From Basidiobolus meristosporus CBS 931.73 (lineage: Eukaryota > Fungi > Basidiobolomycota): a stretch of DNA of 64,000 nucleotides. This document shows, piece after piece, positions 1-11,551 of this stretch. The stretch lies in NCBI GenBank assembly GCA_002104905.1, contig MCFE01000483.1, positions 1-64,000 of the forward strand, read 5' to 3'. The notes under the pieces were generated by a model. It was not told where the DNA came from. It worked only from the letters and a program-made list of their open reading frames with translations, and searched no databases. Position 1 is the stretch's first letter, and the number at the start of each line of letters is the position of its first letter. A program made the position numbers and the translations under genes.

Positions 1-1091
1 CCAGTGTACTCTGGGATACTGCCTTAACTTTAGCTTAGATTTATTCATATTCAACTTAGTGTTTACTTTGGGAATTTTCTATTCCCAGCTGGCTTCTTTA
101 TTTGTAGTTAGACTTGTCTGAAATCAAATAAAGATTTCACCTACCTTGGTGACTTTCCCTCCCCCTAAGAAGAAGATTCCCAGTCAGCCCTAATACCCCT
201 CCCACTGCCAACTGGGCTCTTTGCTGCTTCAGAAATGCTGGTTACCTCCCAATATCAGAGCAATGAAACTACCTCAAGGACCTAGGCATTCATATGCCTA
301 AAATTATCACCATTCAGTGCCTTGCCAGGGATCTCTTGGAAGTTATTCTTGACAAGGATATTGTTGAAGATTTTACAGAAGAAGTCAAGAATATGCTGGA
401 TTGGGAGCTCTCAGAGCACATATTCAGACATCATTCTGACAGTCCACTCTTTGTGCCATTCTCTCTGGAAAAGGAACTCCTCAAAGATTTACCAGCTTGT
501 TGAAAAACTCTCCTTCACTTCAAGTCACAAACTTCCTCAAGAAATACTACAGTGAGCAAGCGGTCTTGCCACATTCTCCTCTAGACTTTGATATTGAAGA
601 TATTTGGGAAACAGTAAAGTCCAGGTTTATCTTGTAGGCTTTCTGCATTCCAGATATCCATATTCCAATTTGGCTGCTACATTTATGATTTAAATAAAGA
701 TTTCACCCTTTGGTGATTATCATCCCCTAACGCAAATTGTAAGTGATTCAGATTCTTTACCACCCACTGGCGTAACATAAATTTGTATATCTGTGATCAC
801 TGTATAATTGAATTTCTATTGGATCAGGTTATGATACAAAGAATGCGTGTATTGCTCGAACTTATTCATGGTTTTTTAACTTCTACGGCCGCACCTGGAC
901 AGGTATTTCACTCAAGTCAGATTCTCAAAAAGCGATTGGTTAATACTCATTTATTGTGTATGGCTGTTACATCTGTATTATCAACGACGACCAGTATATT
1001 TCCCCCAAAAATGGAGTAGTGGCTACAAATTCAGGATATTATAGGGGTATTTACAATGATTGGCTATTGGGGAACTCTTGCTGGTGATGAG

Positions 1092-1370
1092 CTAAAGGTC
1101 GGCGTTCGCTGGTGCTGGGGATCTTTCAGCACATGATGCGGTAGTGGATGACCCAACAGTAAACATCACACATACTTGGTCGTCAGGGCATGAGTAGTCA
1201 AGCACCCTTCCGCCTGAACACCTGAACATCACGCCAGAGTGACCTTCATAGAGGCAGTGAAGCGTGGTATCTAGGTTCTCCTTACAGTACTGTGGAAAGT
1301 TTTCGAATGGTAAGGCCAGGATGGTAGTGGCAAGAATCAAGCCAGCGGAAACGGATGTTGTAAACTTCAT
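1092..1370 (-). CDS. Small secreted cysteine-rich protein (92 aa), copy 1; CBM19-like Cys spacing
   Basis: ATG at 1370. Hydrophobic signal peptide MKFTTSVSAGLILATTILA, then 6 Cys spaced C-x9-C-x11-C-x9-C-x5-C-x12-C. TATAAAT about 60 nt upstream. Close paralog at 2558-2836. Confidence 0.85.
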   Translation of the reverse strand: MKFTTSVSAGLILATTILALPFENFPQYCKENLDTTLHCLYEGHSGVMFRCSGGRVLDYSCPDDQVCVMFTVGSSTTASCAERSPAPANADL

Positions 1371-1430
1371 TGTAGGGTGATCGATATGCTACTGATAGCT
1401 TTTTGAGTTTTGCATGAAGTACTCCTTGGT

Positions 1431-1437
1431 ATTTATA
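1431..1437 (-). promoter_or_regulatory. Putative TATA box (TATAAAT) of secreted protein copy 1
   Basis: TATAAAT on the minus strand 61-67 nt upstream of ATG 1370. The same motif lies upstream of copy 2. Confidence 0.5.
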
Positions 1438-2557
1438 CCTTAATTCACATTACTTCACTGGTGGGCCAATGCTCTCGACCGGCAGTAGCTTCCAATCTTG
1501 GCAAATCTGGAGCACGTCTATGCTACCCGGTAGAAATACCGATTTGACGTGTGGTGGCAGCATACGCGAACACGTCCACCAAAATTGGCATCATCAACTC
1601 GTTTCGGGAAGTAAGTCGATATTAATAATGGTATCTCGACCATAGTGGATTAGATTCACTCGGAGCCAAATTCCGGTAAACCATAAATGTACAACCATGA
1701 TCCTCACACGTCTTCCATACCATATCGAGATCACCACCGATTAAATTCGATCCACGCGGTTTTGATCTTTTCAGGCTGGTTGGTTTGTGTGGTAATCAAG
1801 ATATTCAGGCCGACTTCGCCAGGTGGAGATACTAATTGGAAAAGGGATTGAATTTATCAGAAGAAGCGGCATTTCCAGCGGTGAGATTCGAAAAAAGCAA
1901 CATATTCCCCATCTCGGCTCTGCGGTATGCACTCTCTGTCAAAAGTAACTGATGATGCCTCTTCTGGGAAAATCTTTAGAAGCGAATGACCTTTCCTTAG
2001 CAGAAATAGGGGTGAATATTGCTCAAAATTTATGACCCAGAATGGCAAAGCGGATTTTAGATATTCATAGTCACCAAAATGGGGTTAAATTCATTATTTC
2101 ACTCCTTACCAGGCAGTTCATTACAATATGCACATGAATAGAAAGCGAAGATGCTGCCGCGGATTATTAGTGGCGATAATCTCCAGAATTGTAGGTGCTG
2201 ACATGTTTTTGAGGTCGGAGTGGAGGAAAGTTGTGTTACAAACTTCGTTGCTTGTTGAGCTTTACCCATATTGTTGTGGGGTGCGTGAATATATGACCGT
2301 TGAGTACATTGAATAGGCGTAAAAAATTTAAAACGAGATATCCGCATATTCTAGATAATGGGTCACATAACCGCAGCATTTCTATGGCAAATATATATCA
2401 GAGTTAATATGGTATTTATTGTACATATGCTCATGAGTCGTCTGTATCATTAGCAATGAAGGGGGAATATTCTAACTCAGGCCAATAGCGGTTATAAGTA
2501 ATATATGTACAATTTTCGATCATCGCTGACCATTGAAATATTCGACAAAGCAATGGG

Positions 2558-2836
2558 TTAATCACTGGCACTCACCGGTGCCGGGGATCTTTCAGTGCAC
2601 GCTGCGGTGGTTAATGAGCCACTAGTGGACATCACACATACTTGGTCGCCAGGGCATGAGTAGTCAAGCACCTTTCCACCCGAGCACCTGATCATTGCCC
2701 CAGAGTGACCCTCATAGAGGCAGTGAAGCGTGGTATCTAGGTTCTCCTTACAGTACTGTGGAAAGTTTTCGAATGGTAAGGCCAGGACGGTAGTGGCAAG
2801 AATCAAGCCAGCGGAAATGCTTATTGTGAATTTCAT
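2558..2836 (-). CDS. Small secreted cysteine-rich protein (92 aa), copy 2
   Basis: The true start is the ATG at 2836 (MKFTISISAGLILATTVLA), matching copy 1. The ORF-track extension to 2905 runs through the TATA box. All 6 Cys are conserved. Confidence 0.85.
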   Translation of the reverse strand: MKFTISISAGLILATTVLALPFENFPQYCKENLDTTLHCLYEGHSGAMIRCSGGKVLDYSCPGDQVCVMSTSGSLTTAACTERSPAPVSASD

Positions 2837-2877
2837 TGTCTGTTGTATGGTGTCAGATACGATCGTCTTCGTGGGAT

Positions 2878-2884
2878 ATTTATA
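2878..2884 (-). promoter_or_regulatory. Putative TATA box (TATAAAT) of secreted protein copy 2
   Basis: TATAAAT on the minus strand 42-48 nt upstream of ATG 2836. Confidence 0.5.
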
Positions 2885-3938
2885 TGTTTTCATCCCCATT
2901 GCCAAGAAACCATTTCTTTCCTCACTGGCTCAGTGCTCTCATTCATACTATTTCAAGAACGGTCATCCGATGGCACCGTACGCCTATAATCGAAAATATA
3001 TTGATGATATATCGTTCAACCACCTGAGACAACAGTTCACTCTTGGAGACGATGATTAATGCAATGTTAGTTAAATAAGGAAATGAAAAAGAGCAGCCAA
3101 TTGGTGTATGTAGTACTTATTAGGCTAAAATCCCGAAATTTTGAGTATTTCTATGGAGTATAGTGCCGTCTGTGGCAGAGACAACTTAGCAGTGAGAATC
3201 TTGAAAACTAAAGGATAAATATGGATATCATCGCTTTACACTTCCCGAATTATCTGGCTCAGTATGGCAAAGCGGATATCATAATATCCTAGTTGAATTT
3301 CTATAAATGGAGATTAATGCTGCCTAATCTGGTTGGTCAACTTTCATGTTAACTCTTTGGTAACACCTATGTACCATTGAGAAAATGAATTTAACTATTG
3401 TCTGTAGCAACTAGTTTGCTACCAATATTCGGGCATTTATAGTGAAATATCAGTACCAATATAACCCCAGGCTTGGCACAAAGTAGAATCGGCGAGATTT
3501 AGGGAGGCTGATGCAAGGATGGTAACAAGTGACCAAAGCTTCAGTAATATAACCGAAATCATTGGATCATAGCCAAGACTAGTAAGGTAGGAAGGTAAGC
3601 ATTGTTTACTTTAATGGCCACTAATCGTTGGCTCACTCATAGCATGCCTGCCGAATATATATCTGAGTCCGGCAGGGGTAAGGGAAGATAATACGGAATA
3701 TACGAACGCTCTAGTTGACAAGTCATAATAGCCATACCGTTTCTCTAGTAAAGGTATCCAAGATGAGGATCGCAACAGGGTACTTTATTGTGTACATTAC
3801 ACAATGCCAATATCTTTAGCAAAAATTGATTTTCTTGTATAATGACGGGATATTCCCTCATTATAGCAAATGATAGATATACATATAGAAAGGTTGGCTG
3901 TGAATATTGGAATATGCCGTATAGCAATATGTTAATTA

Positions 3939-4210
3939 TCAATATTCAGTGGCGAAGGAAGATCGTTCGGTACATGCTGCAGCAATAGATGGCCAAACAG
4001 TGAGTATCACACACACTTGGTCGTCAGGGTATGAATAATTAAGTATAGTTCCACCCGAACACCTGAACATAACACCAGTGTGATGTTGAAAAAGCATTGA
4101 AGAGCAGTATATCGAGTCTCCTGACAGCACTACGGAAAATTTTTGAACGGTAAGGTCAGGACGGTAGTGGCAAGAGTCAAGCCAGCGGAAACGGATGTTG
4201 CATTCTTCAT
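3939..4210 (-). pseudogene. Pseudogenised copy 3 of the small secreted 6-Cys protein
   Basis: ATG at 4210 gives MKNATSVSAGLTLATTVLTLPFKNFP, then an in-frame TAG (plus-strand cta 4130-4132) where the paralogs have Gln. A 1-nt frameshift precedes HTGVMFRCSGG, and the fourth Cys is Tyr (YSYPDDQVC). Confidence 0.8.
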
Positions 4211-4552
4211 TGTGTATGGAGTAACACACATGTCACTCTATCCAACTTTTCTTACAATGAAATAGAGAGAATTAACAAAAAATTCATTTACATTATTCGA
4301 GTTGTTTAGTACAGATAATAGTTTTGACTAAAGCCTATGATTATCGCCTAAATAGCAATGTCACATGCTTCACTGCCCCCATCAACGGTTCCTCGTTATG
4401 TATTTGTGAATACAGAGGAGTGGATTATCGTTGAAAGCACTGTTACTCAAATGCACAAGTCTTTTCTACCGTTTGGTGTTTACCACAGGGACTATGATGG
4501 AAACATGAACATTATCAATGTGAAAGTAGTGAATGTTATAACTTGGGACCCG

Positions 4553-6420
4553 ATGCATTTCTGATTACTGTGAACAGGGCATGTAATTCAGTATGTTGAT
4601 GATATAAACAGCCATCCTTATATCTATCTAATAAATGCTAGGTGGTTCAGTTCTGTAACTGGCACCTGCAAGGCTGTTCAATAATGGGTGGTGCTTAACT
4701 GGTCCTTTTTTTAATTTCCACCAACTATCTGCATAAGCAACTACTAAACTTACAATCCCTAAGAAAACAAATTGGAAATGGCCTGCAGAATATCATCATA
4801 ATATCTGCTGAATTCCAGCTCTCTCAAAAGTGACAACTTTCAGTATCTCAGGTACTAACCTCACAGCAGACAAACAGATATCATCTCCAGGGGGAGACTA
4901 GGCCAACTAACATTCATACCAAACTTGGTCATCAGCTGCTCATTTCTTTCACCAGAAATTGAAACTGAAAATTTGGAGCAGAAACACCAGCTGAATACTA
5001 GCAGAATATCATCATCATATCAGCTAAAAATCCAATGAATCCCAACTTCCAGATTTTTCTTAGGGAATACAAGAGCAAATCAACCTATCAAAGCAATGCT
5101 AACATTCAAAGCCCTTACTATTATAGGTGCACTAATATTACATACTGACTTATTTGGAGCTTAGAAGTAGTTGTACATTATTTGACAACAGATTTTGGGA
5201 TAACTGCTTTCCTGTAAGACCAAGTAATGGACACAGCATGATGAAAGTTGTGGGTCAAGTATGTGGTTTTATATATTTTTCCAGTATCTTCAGAATGATT
5301 TGGAATACATCAACAAATGCTTAAGCTTAAAAGTGCTCTATGAAGTACATGTAAATGGGACTATTTCTCAATGGCTTTGTAAATGGACAGATCTGCAAGA
5401 TGATGCAATCTTATCACATCCTCATTCTCTTATTCTCTGATCAATATATTTTATCACCTTCCTAGGACCTAGATGCTTTATAGAGCACCTTAAAGCTAAT
5501 CAAGTGACTGTTGACAGTCCATGTTCTTGGAGAATGAGGGTTGAATATGATGCTATATCACTTCTATGCTAAGTACATTCTCCCATAGAATGGCATAGGC
5601 TATGAAGGACTGCTTCTGCAGCATTGATCTATCTGCAAGTTTTGATACACTAAGATTGCTGATTTATGCATTAACTGAAATAGTCAGTGTTGATATTTTG
5701 CACTTTTGTACTGTGATGTTTACAAGTTTTTAAGCCTGCCTGTTCACAAGGCTTCAGATACATTGCAGATGGGCTCATGTATGCTCAAAGATCTAGGCAT
5801 TAATGTAACTCAATAAACAATTTACTTTCTTGCTATAATTGCTTTGGATATCACATCATTTTTCAGAATAAGCCATAAAAATTCTTACACACTTTAAGAA
5901 TAAGCTAGGAATATTCCCAACTGCTGAGCATGATCAATGCAATTCTGGTAATATAACAGAATATCTGGCTGGCACTAGTCAGTAGACCTCTTTGCACACT
6001 AATTTTCATTTGAGTGTTACTTCTGCTTTTGTCTCTTCCTATCTTTATAGCTTTCTAGATTTGTTTTCAGAAATATATTACTCTGTGTAGTTAATTGCCC
6101 AAAAGCCATGCAGGAAAAAGAGTGATCTTGTGCTGATGGACAGCATCCTCCTTACTCTGGTTCTTTTCAGAGAATAAATCTTTTTGGGTCTCATTTGCAG
6201 TTATTTTACAACAACATCCTACAATTAGAGTTTTGGAGAACTTGGTTGTAATAGAGAGAACTGTTGTAAGTCTTGTTAAGATCACTTGGTCAAATACTCT
6301 TACTGAACCACTCATGATACAGTAGGTGATATTTTCAGAAAGCTATTAGCCTCAGTCAAATATTATTATTTTAAGCCACAATTAGACCTAGTCATAATTA
6401 GTTTTAGTCAGTTGGGAGCA
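4553..6420. mobile_element. Highly decayed transposon-like sequence, family not identified
   Basis: AT-rich, with no CG dinucleotide found by eye between about 4553 and 6611. The minus strand has stop-riddled coding-like frames (e.g. ENEDVIRLHHLADLSIYKAIE and NHILDPQLSSCCVHYLV). Abuts an LTR. Confidence 0.45.
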
Positions 6421-6421
6421 T

Positions 6422-6761
6422 TGTAGACTTTGTAGTTATATCCATGTATTCATTGACTTGGCCACCTAAATCATAGCTGATGATACTTGCAATATATTGC
6501 CTGAATTTTTGTTGGGACTAGCTTGTAATATTCTCACCAAAATATCTGGTAACCAGGACATGAGAAATCTCAGGGTGGACCAAGGGCCCCAAGCTTTACA
6601 CACATACCCTTCGGACCATCCTAAACTCATTATGCATATCCGCTCCACCAAGACTATGTAAAAGTATAAATACCACTTTTACATTCAATAAATCTCTAAG
6701 TGAACCACATCATCTACTTGTTCTCCTAATCACTTCCAATATCCCCAACACTCTTGAAACA
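6422..6761 (+). mobile_element. Degenerate solo LTR of the copia family
   Basis: Colinear with LTR 61352-61700, including GTAAAAGTATAAATAC...TTTTACATTCAATAAATC...TTCTCCTAATCACTTCCAATATC. Ends CTCTTGAAACA. The 5' boundary is approximate and no TSD is recognisable. Confidence 0.75.
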
Positions 6762-7962
6762 AGTAATTTGGATTCTCATCAATTGCCATAAGTGGTCTGA
6801 TATTCTGACATTAGTCTCGAGAATGCGCACTTGATGAGTTATTGAAGCATAAGCGAGATAATGTTATCTGGCCTCAGAGCAATGTTGATCCCACTTTTAT
6901 CATGTTATCTATATAGCGGTTTCTAAAGTCATCGAATCGTTATGAGTGATACGATCTAGACGATTAATTGACACTCTGAGATCGGTCAGCAGGTCAACTA
7001 ATTTATTACGCCTGAGTTAAAAACGTTCCTTATTTTACAATTCATCCAGCAATCTAGTCGAATGAAATCAATATCACGGCATGTATATCTAAGATTTTGA
7101 TGAATCCATGTAGGATTCATATAAGCCTAGGCTTCATTATCATAAGTCTTCCTGTGTTTCGAATCTACGATTGTCTAAGGAGCTGAATCATCTGTTGAGA
7201 TTTCACTCTATAAACCCAGACCCTAGTAAGCAATATCACCACCGAATCCAAGTACTCATCATTTGCGATCACGTATACAAGCATCGAATTTGTTCCGAGC
7301 ACTTACCTGGAATCCAATACTAATTTAGCTTGATGTTACCATTCCTTTACCAAATGGAAGGCTTCGCCCAATGGCGCCCATTTCTTAGCATCCAGACCAA
7401 GTGATCCGGTAGCTGTAGTATTTATTGAAAAATTTTCCGAAATAGCAGGGAGGCTTTTATATATTAACAATGGTATTCCATCCTTTGATTTCCTTCAAGT
7501 ATTCGATCAAACTCTCGTGCGATTGGCACGCTTAGTGTAACTGAGCACCCTTTTCATTACCTTTAATACATCACCGAGGTCCAGCCATCTGGATTATGCT
7601 GTCAAAGAGCCCACACGTGCAAAGCAAATTTGTATTCAGATTATCCAAATCGATAATCCTAACTATAATCAGTCAACTTACTGCAGGCTAGAGCGATGTG
7701 TGGGGTGGTGCTTGGATATATTCGAGCAAGATTTATGGAGATCGAAAAAGACAAGGGAAGCCATTTAGATTATCTTTATATCCCGCATGGTGCGTGACTT
7801 CGCTGACAACTATAAAAGTCTACTTCTGGTCAACGCCAACCGTACCTACTACTTACACATTCTCTACTTTGCGTTCGTTCAAAGATTGTAGCGGCGAACT
7901 GTACATTCAGATCGCTCACTAGACTTGCCATATATTTTGTATATATTGAAATTATATTTGCC

Positions 7963-8598
7963 ATGCATCTTCCTGGTCGCTTAAGCCCGCAGCGTTACTC
8001 TTGCGCTCGAAAAGCAGACCAAGCAACCGCCCAATTCACTGATTTTGCCGCGGATATTACTACCTTCTTGTGGCATTCGGACATCTACCCGTTGAGCAGT
8101 TGGAATGGAAACCAATTTCGAAATTATTGTCGGCACATCATTCACTCTACCAGAGTCTCGGCTTCTGTAGTTATATTAGCTCTGAAGTATATTTCTCGGT
8201 TGAAGCATCAACGAAACTACCACCAGCCTCGGCCGGGGTCTGAGTACCATATCTTCACAATAGCCCTACTTCTTGCGAACAAATTCCTAGAAGATCAAAT
8301 ATTGACCACCCAATACTGGTCTAAGCAAAGCAACATTTCCACGGCTCAGCTAAAGCTTCTCGAGATCGAGATGCTGAAAGGGACCGATTACTCGCTCTAC
8401 GTCTCCCAAGGGGAGTATCTGCATTGGCTGAAGCAGCTGGAGTACTATATCAACTTGCGCCACGCCTATCTGCAGCAATGCGAGAGTCGGGTTCTCCAGG
8501 CGCCTCAGTCAGAGCCCGAATCTGAAAATCCATATGCACCACAGTTGCAGACGTCAAAATCACTCTACACAGTTGACATCTACCCGATAATTGGCTAA
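7963..8598 (+). CDS. Pho80/Pcl-family cyclin-like protein (211 aa)
   Basis: Cyclin-box motifs FRNYCRHIIHSTRVSASVVILALKYISRLK, PGSEYHIFTIALLLANKFLED, YWSK and LEIEMLKGTDYSLYVS. Confidence 0.85.
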   Translation: MHLPGRLSPQRYSCARKADQATAQFTDFAADITTFLWHSDIYPLSSWNGNQFRNYCRHIIHSTRVSASVVILALKYISRLKHQRNYHQPRPGSEYHIFTIALLLANKFLEDQILTTQYWSKQSNISTAQLKLLEIEMLKGTDYSLYVSQGEYLHWLKQLEYYINLRHAYLQQCESRVLQAPQSEPESENPYAPQLQTSKSLYTVDIYPIIG

Positions 8599-10207
8599 AT
8601 CCAAGTAGACCTTGGGAGTGCAACTACCATGCCATTGCTCTTCATCCAATGCAACCACGGGCAGCACTGGAATTGGTAGTATCAAGAATCATGCCATCTT
8701 GCGATGCGATAATCAGGGAGCTCCTTTGAGAAGCCGATTCATACCAAGAGCGTCCAGATCCTGATCAACGTGTATTTGAAGATGAGAGTTGATAATCTTT
8801 TTGGATATGTAGTACAGCAGTTGGTCCACTACTGATCTGACATCCCTAGCCGTACACCATAGGCCACCTTGTGGAGATACTAGATTGTTGCATATTCAAT
8901 AAAAACTGATGCTTTCCAGGCTTGATCTACACATTTGGAATTCCAGTCAGAACAAACACATCCACCCGGTTGCACCATTCTACAAAGAGCGATGAGCGCT
9001 GCTACACTCATCATAGATAAGTCAACGCCCTTGAAAATAAGAGTGGAATTGCGGCACACCAAAAATGGAAATTCTAGATACTAATGTGGTTTCCGACCCA
9101 TGTTCGGGTGAACTCTCCTACATAATCCTGGAAGCTGCAGATGATGGATTTCACATCTTTCCCTTCCATAATCGAGCCGTGATAGGTACCAGCGCTATCA
9201 TAGATCTACGACCGCATCACGCCTGGACTACATCAGACTAATCACCAGAGGCTCCAATATGGGCCTTTGGGCGGACTTTTGGGATCTATGGTGTGCTGAT
9301 ACCATGGATCAGCAGTAGCTCCATCTGGGCTCTCTTTGGAACATCATTGGATGTACCAACCCTATCGTTGCAGGTCGTAAGATGGATCTGAGGCAGCAAG
9401 TCGCCAACAATCTAGAATAGATGTCCGATGGACCACCAATTATACACAACCGCTGCCATGTGGCTACCATTGAGCCTTGTTGTAATTTACACGATTTCAA
9501 TCTCCATCCCACACTGATGGGCGTCCATACATATTACCGTTGAATCTTACGTTTTCATATCCTTGATCCCAATTTATAGATGTTGCTGAAAATTCACAGA
9601 GGCACCCAGTAGAGCACATGTATGCATTGCAAAATAGTCGTCCAATGGATTCCATATTGCGGAGCTTTACTAATCTTACATCCCTTTGGCGCACTAGCTG
9701 CACAAAACAGTTATACCCTTTCTCTTCCCCATGCACAAAAATAAACGGTCTTTTACAGCGCGCTGGTGCATCACCTGGCGAGCAATATCAATAGAACAAA
9801 GCCGTCCCATTACCGCTAACCGCCCACCTGGACCCGTATTCTCACCACGGACAGCCCTGACGCTAAGATTACTATGCAGCCAGTTTATTGAGATTCCGTT
9901 ATGTAACTACCAGAGGCTCTTTGGTTGGTGTATTGTGAACAGCATAAGAGCACCATGCACCCGAAATCCCGATGAAATGGTTTCAAACCAACCAATTGCA
10001 GCGATGATCTGGTTGGGTTATTTTTTGACTTTCCAGAACCAAATGAGGTCTTGTCTCTTGCAGATATTTGTGCTGTTTCCGGTAACAGCTTGTGGAATAA
10101 TCATTTGGTGCGGGCCAATGGGTAGATTGACAAGTCTGAACGAAATCTATAAACCAATATTTATAAGAATGGGATCATAATATCTGGGATCCACATCGCT
10201 CCGGAAT

Positions 10208-11551
10208 TTAAAGATACTCTATGAACCTCTCCCCGTAATAGTTCGCGCTTTTTCCGTTCAAAAAGCTATCGAACTCCTGCTTCATCACGCCAAACCATGA
10301 GCCCGGAAGAATAGGAGTGTTCCAGTTGTTGTGCCAATGATAGGCAAACGCTCCAGGGAAGAAGTTTTCAAACGCGCGTGTGTGTGCGAAGTCCTTGTAT
10401 CCATCGAACTCACCATCGATCCGGTCCATTCGAAAAACATCCTCGAATTCAGCAAGGTTGGGATTGATCGTCTTTCCCGATTCGTATTTATCCACTCGCA
10501 GCCACAATGGATCGAAGATGGCTGATGGAAGCATCAATACATTAGGGGCTTCCTTGTAGGCACCATGGATCTTCGGGTGCTCTTTTGCCCAATCCTCAAG
10601 ATAAGTCTTGATATTCCGTGGATGGAATCCCATATTGTTCTTGATTGCTTTTTGCACCAGATACTTGCTAGTGGTAGAGTTGGCATGCATGCGGAGCACT
10701 GCAGTGTTATAGTTTCTCGTGTAGCTCCATTTATAAGCAAAGTCAACAGGAGTATGGTATAACGGGCGCATATCACGAAGGAGGAGCACATCTGCGTCAA
10801 GATACATCCCACCATGGATATGCAGAACCAAGAATCGCACCATATCACTATAACTGACTGTGCGTATATCCTTGACTTTGATGTTGGCGAAATCTGGGCT
10901 GGCCGATATAATGGTGTCTATATTCCAACGTCTGAATTCGATCAAAGTTGAGGGATATTTGAGGAGTGGCCCTGAAAATTCGTTTTCCAGTAATTGTTCA
11001 GCAGTCCCCCAGTTGTGAAGCCAAATAATTAGCTTAGAGCATCCCAAAGGTTGCGTGTAAAGAAACGATTTCACTGTCAACGCAATCTTATCACTAAACG
11101 GCCCTTTCCAATAGACATGGAAAAGCATTGGTGGTGCCTCAGGACTGCATATGTTCTCATTGTTTCTAGGCACCTCCGGCGAAGCGGCCAAAAGATATCT
11201 GTCTGCTGACAGATTCAGAAATTCTAGGCATTCGGCGGTAGAATGCTTTTTAGGGTTGCACTGGTCCATTATTACTTTTGTATCGGCAACGTAAAGGCCA
11301 GGTGGACGAGGGTGGCCCGGAAGTTCTGGCACATCCTGCGGCACATAATTATCAATAACCTCCTCCTCTCCCTCTAGTTCTCCCTCTGGCGGATAAACGG
11401 GTGGCAAGATTCTGCTAGGATCCTCTAGTTGTTCTTGAGAAGGTAAACTGTCGTACGAATCTCTTGACAACAGGGCATATAGGGAGATTAAGGATAAGCT
11501 GGTGACCAGAATGTATAGAACAAGTCGAGTAGGGATCCTTCCCGAGAACAT
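10208..11551 (-). CDS. GT32-family glycosyltransferase (DXD sugar-binding domain), type II membrane protein, 447 aa
   Basis: N-terminal transmembrane segment (LVLYILVTSLSLISLYALL). Motifs LFHVYWKG, SDMVRFLVLHIHGGMYLDADV and FAYHWHNNW. Confidence 0.85.
   Translation of the reverse strand: MFSGRIPTRLVLYILVTSLSLISLYALLSRDSYDSLPSQEQLEDPSRILPPVYPPEGELEGEEEVIDNYVPQDVPELPGHPRPPGLYVADTKVIMDQCNPKKHSTAECLEFLNLSADRYLLAASPEVPRNNENICSPEAPPMLFHVYWKGPFSDKIALTVKSFLYTQPLGCSKLIIWLHNWGTAEQLLENEFSGPLLKYPSTLIEFRRWNIDTIISASPDFANIKVKDIRTVSYSDMVRFLVLHIHGGMYLDADVLLLRDMRPLYHTPVDFAYKWSYTRNYNTAVLRMHANSTTSKYLVQKAIKNNMGFHPRNIKTYLEDWAKEHPKIHGAYKEAPNVLMLPSAIFDPLWLRVDKYESGKTINPNLAEFEDVFRMDRIDGEFDGYKDFAHTRAFENFFPGAFAYHWHNNWNTPILPGSWFGVMKQEFDSFLNGKSANYYGERFIEYL

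Noticed and set aside
6950-7480. Minus-strand coding-like fragments with a GTAAGT donor (e.g. YMNPTWIHQNLRYTCRDIDFIRLDCW)
   Set aside because: Multiple stops and no family I can name. Possibly a gene relic, but unsupported.
8860-9560. Minus-strand Trp-rich relic (DPWYQHTIDP...GPYW and VDLSMMSVAALIALCRMVQPGG), faintly like a TylF-type methyltransferase
   Set aside because: The similarity rests on one short motif, frames are broken, and no homology search was possible.
9731-10180. 149-aa plus-strand ORF
   Set aside because: No recognisable domain, and it lies in the 3' flank of the GT32 gene. Probably spurious.
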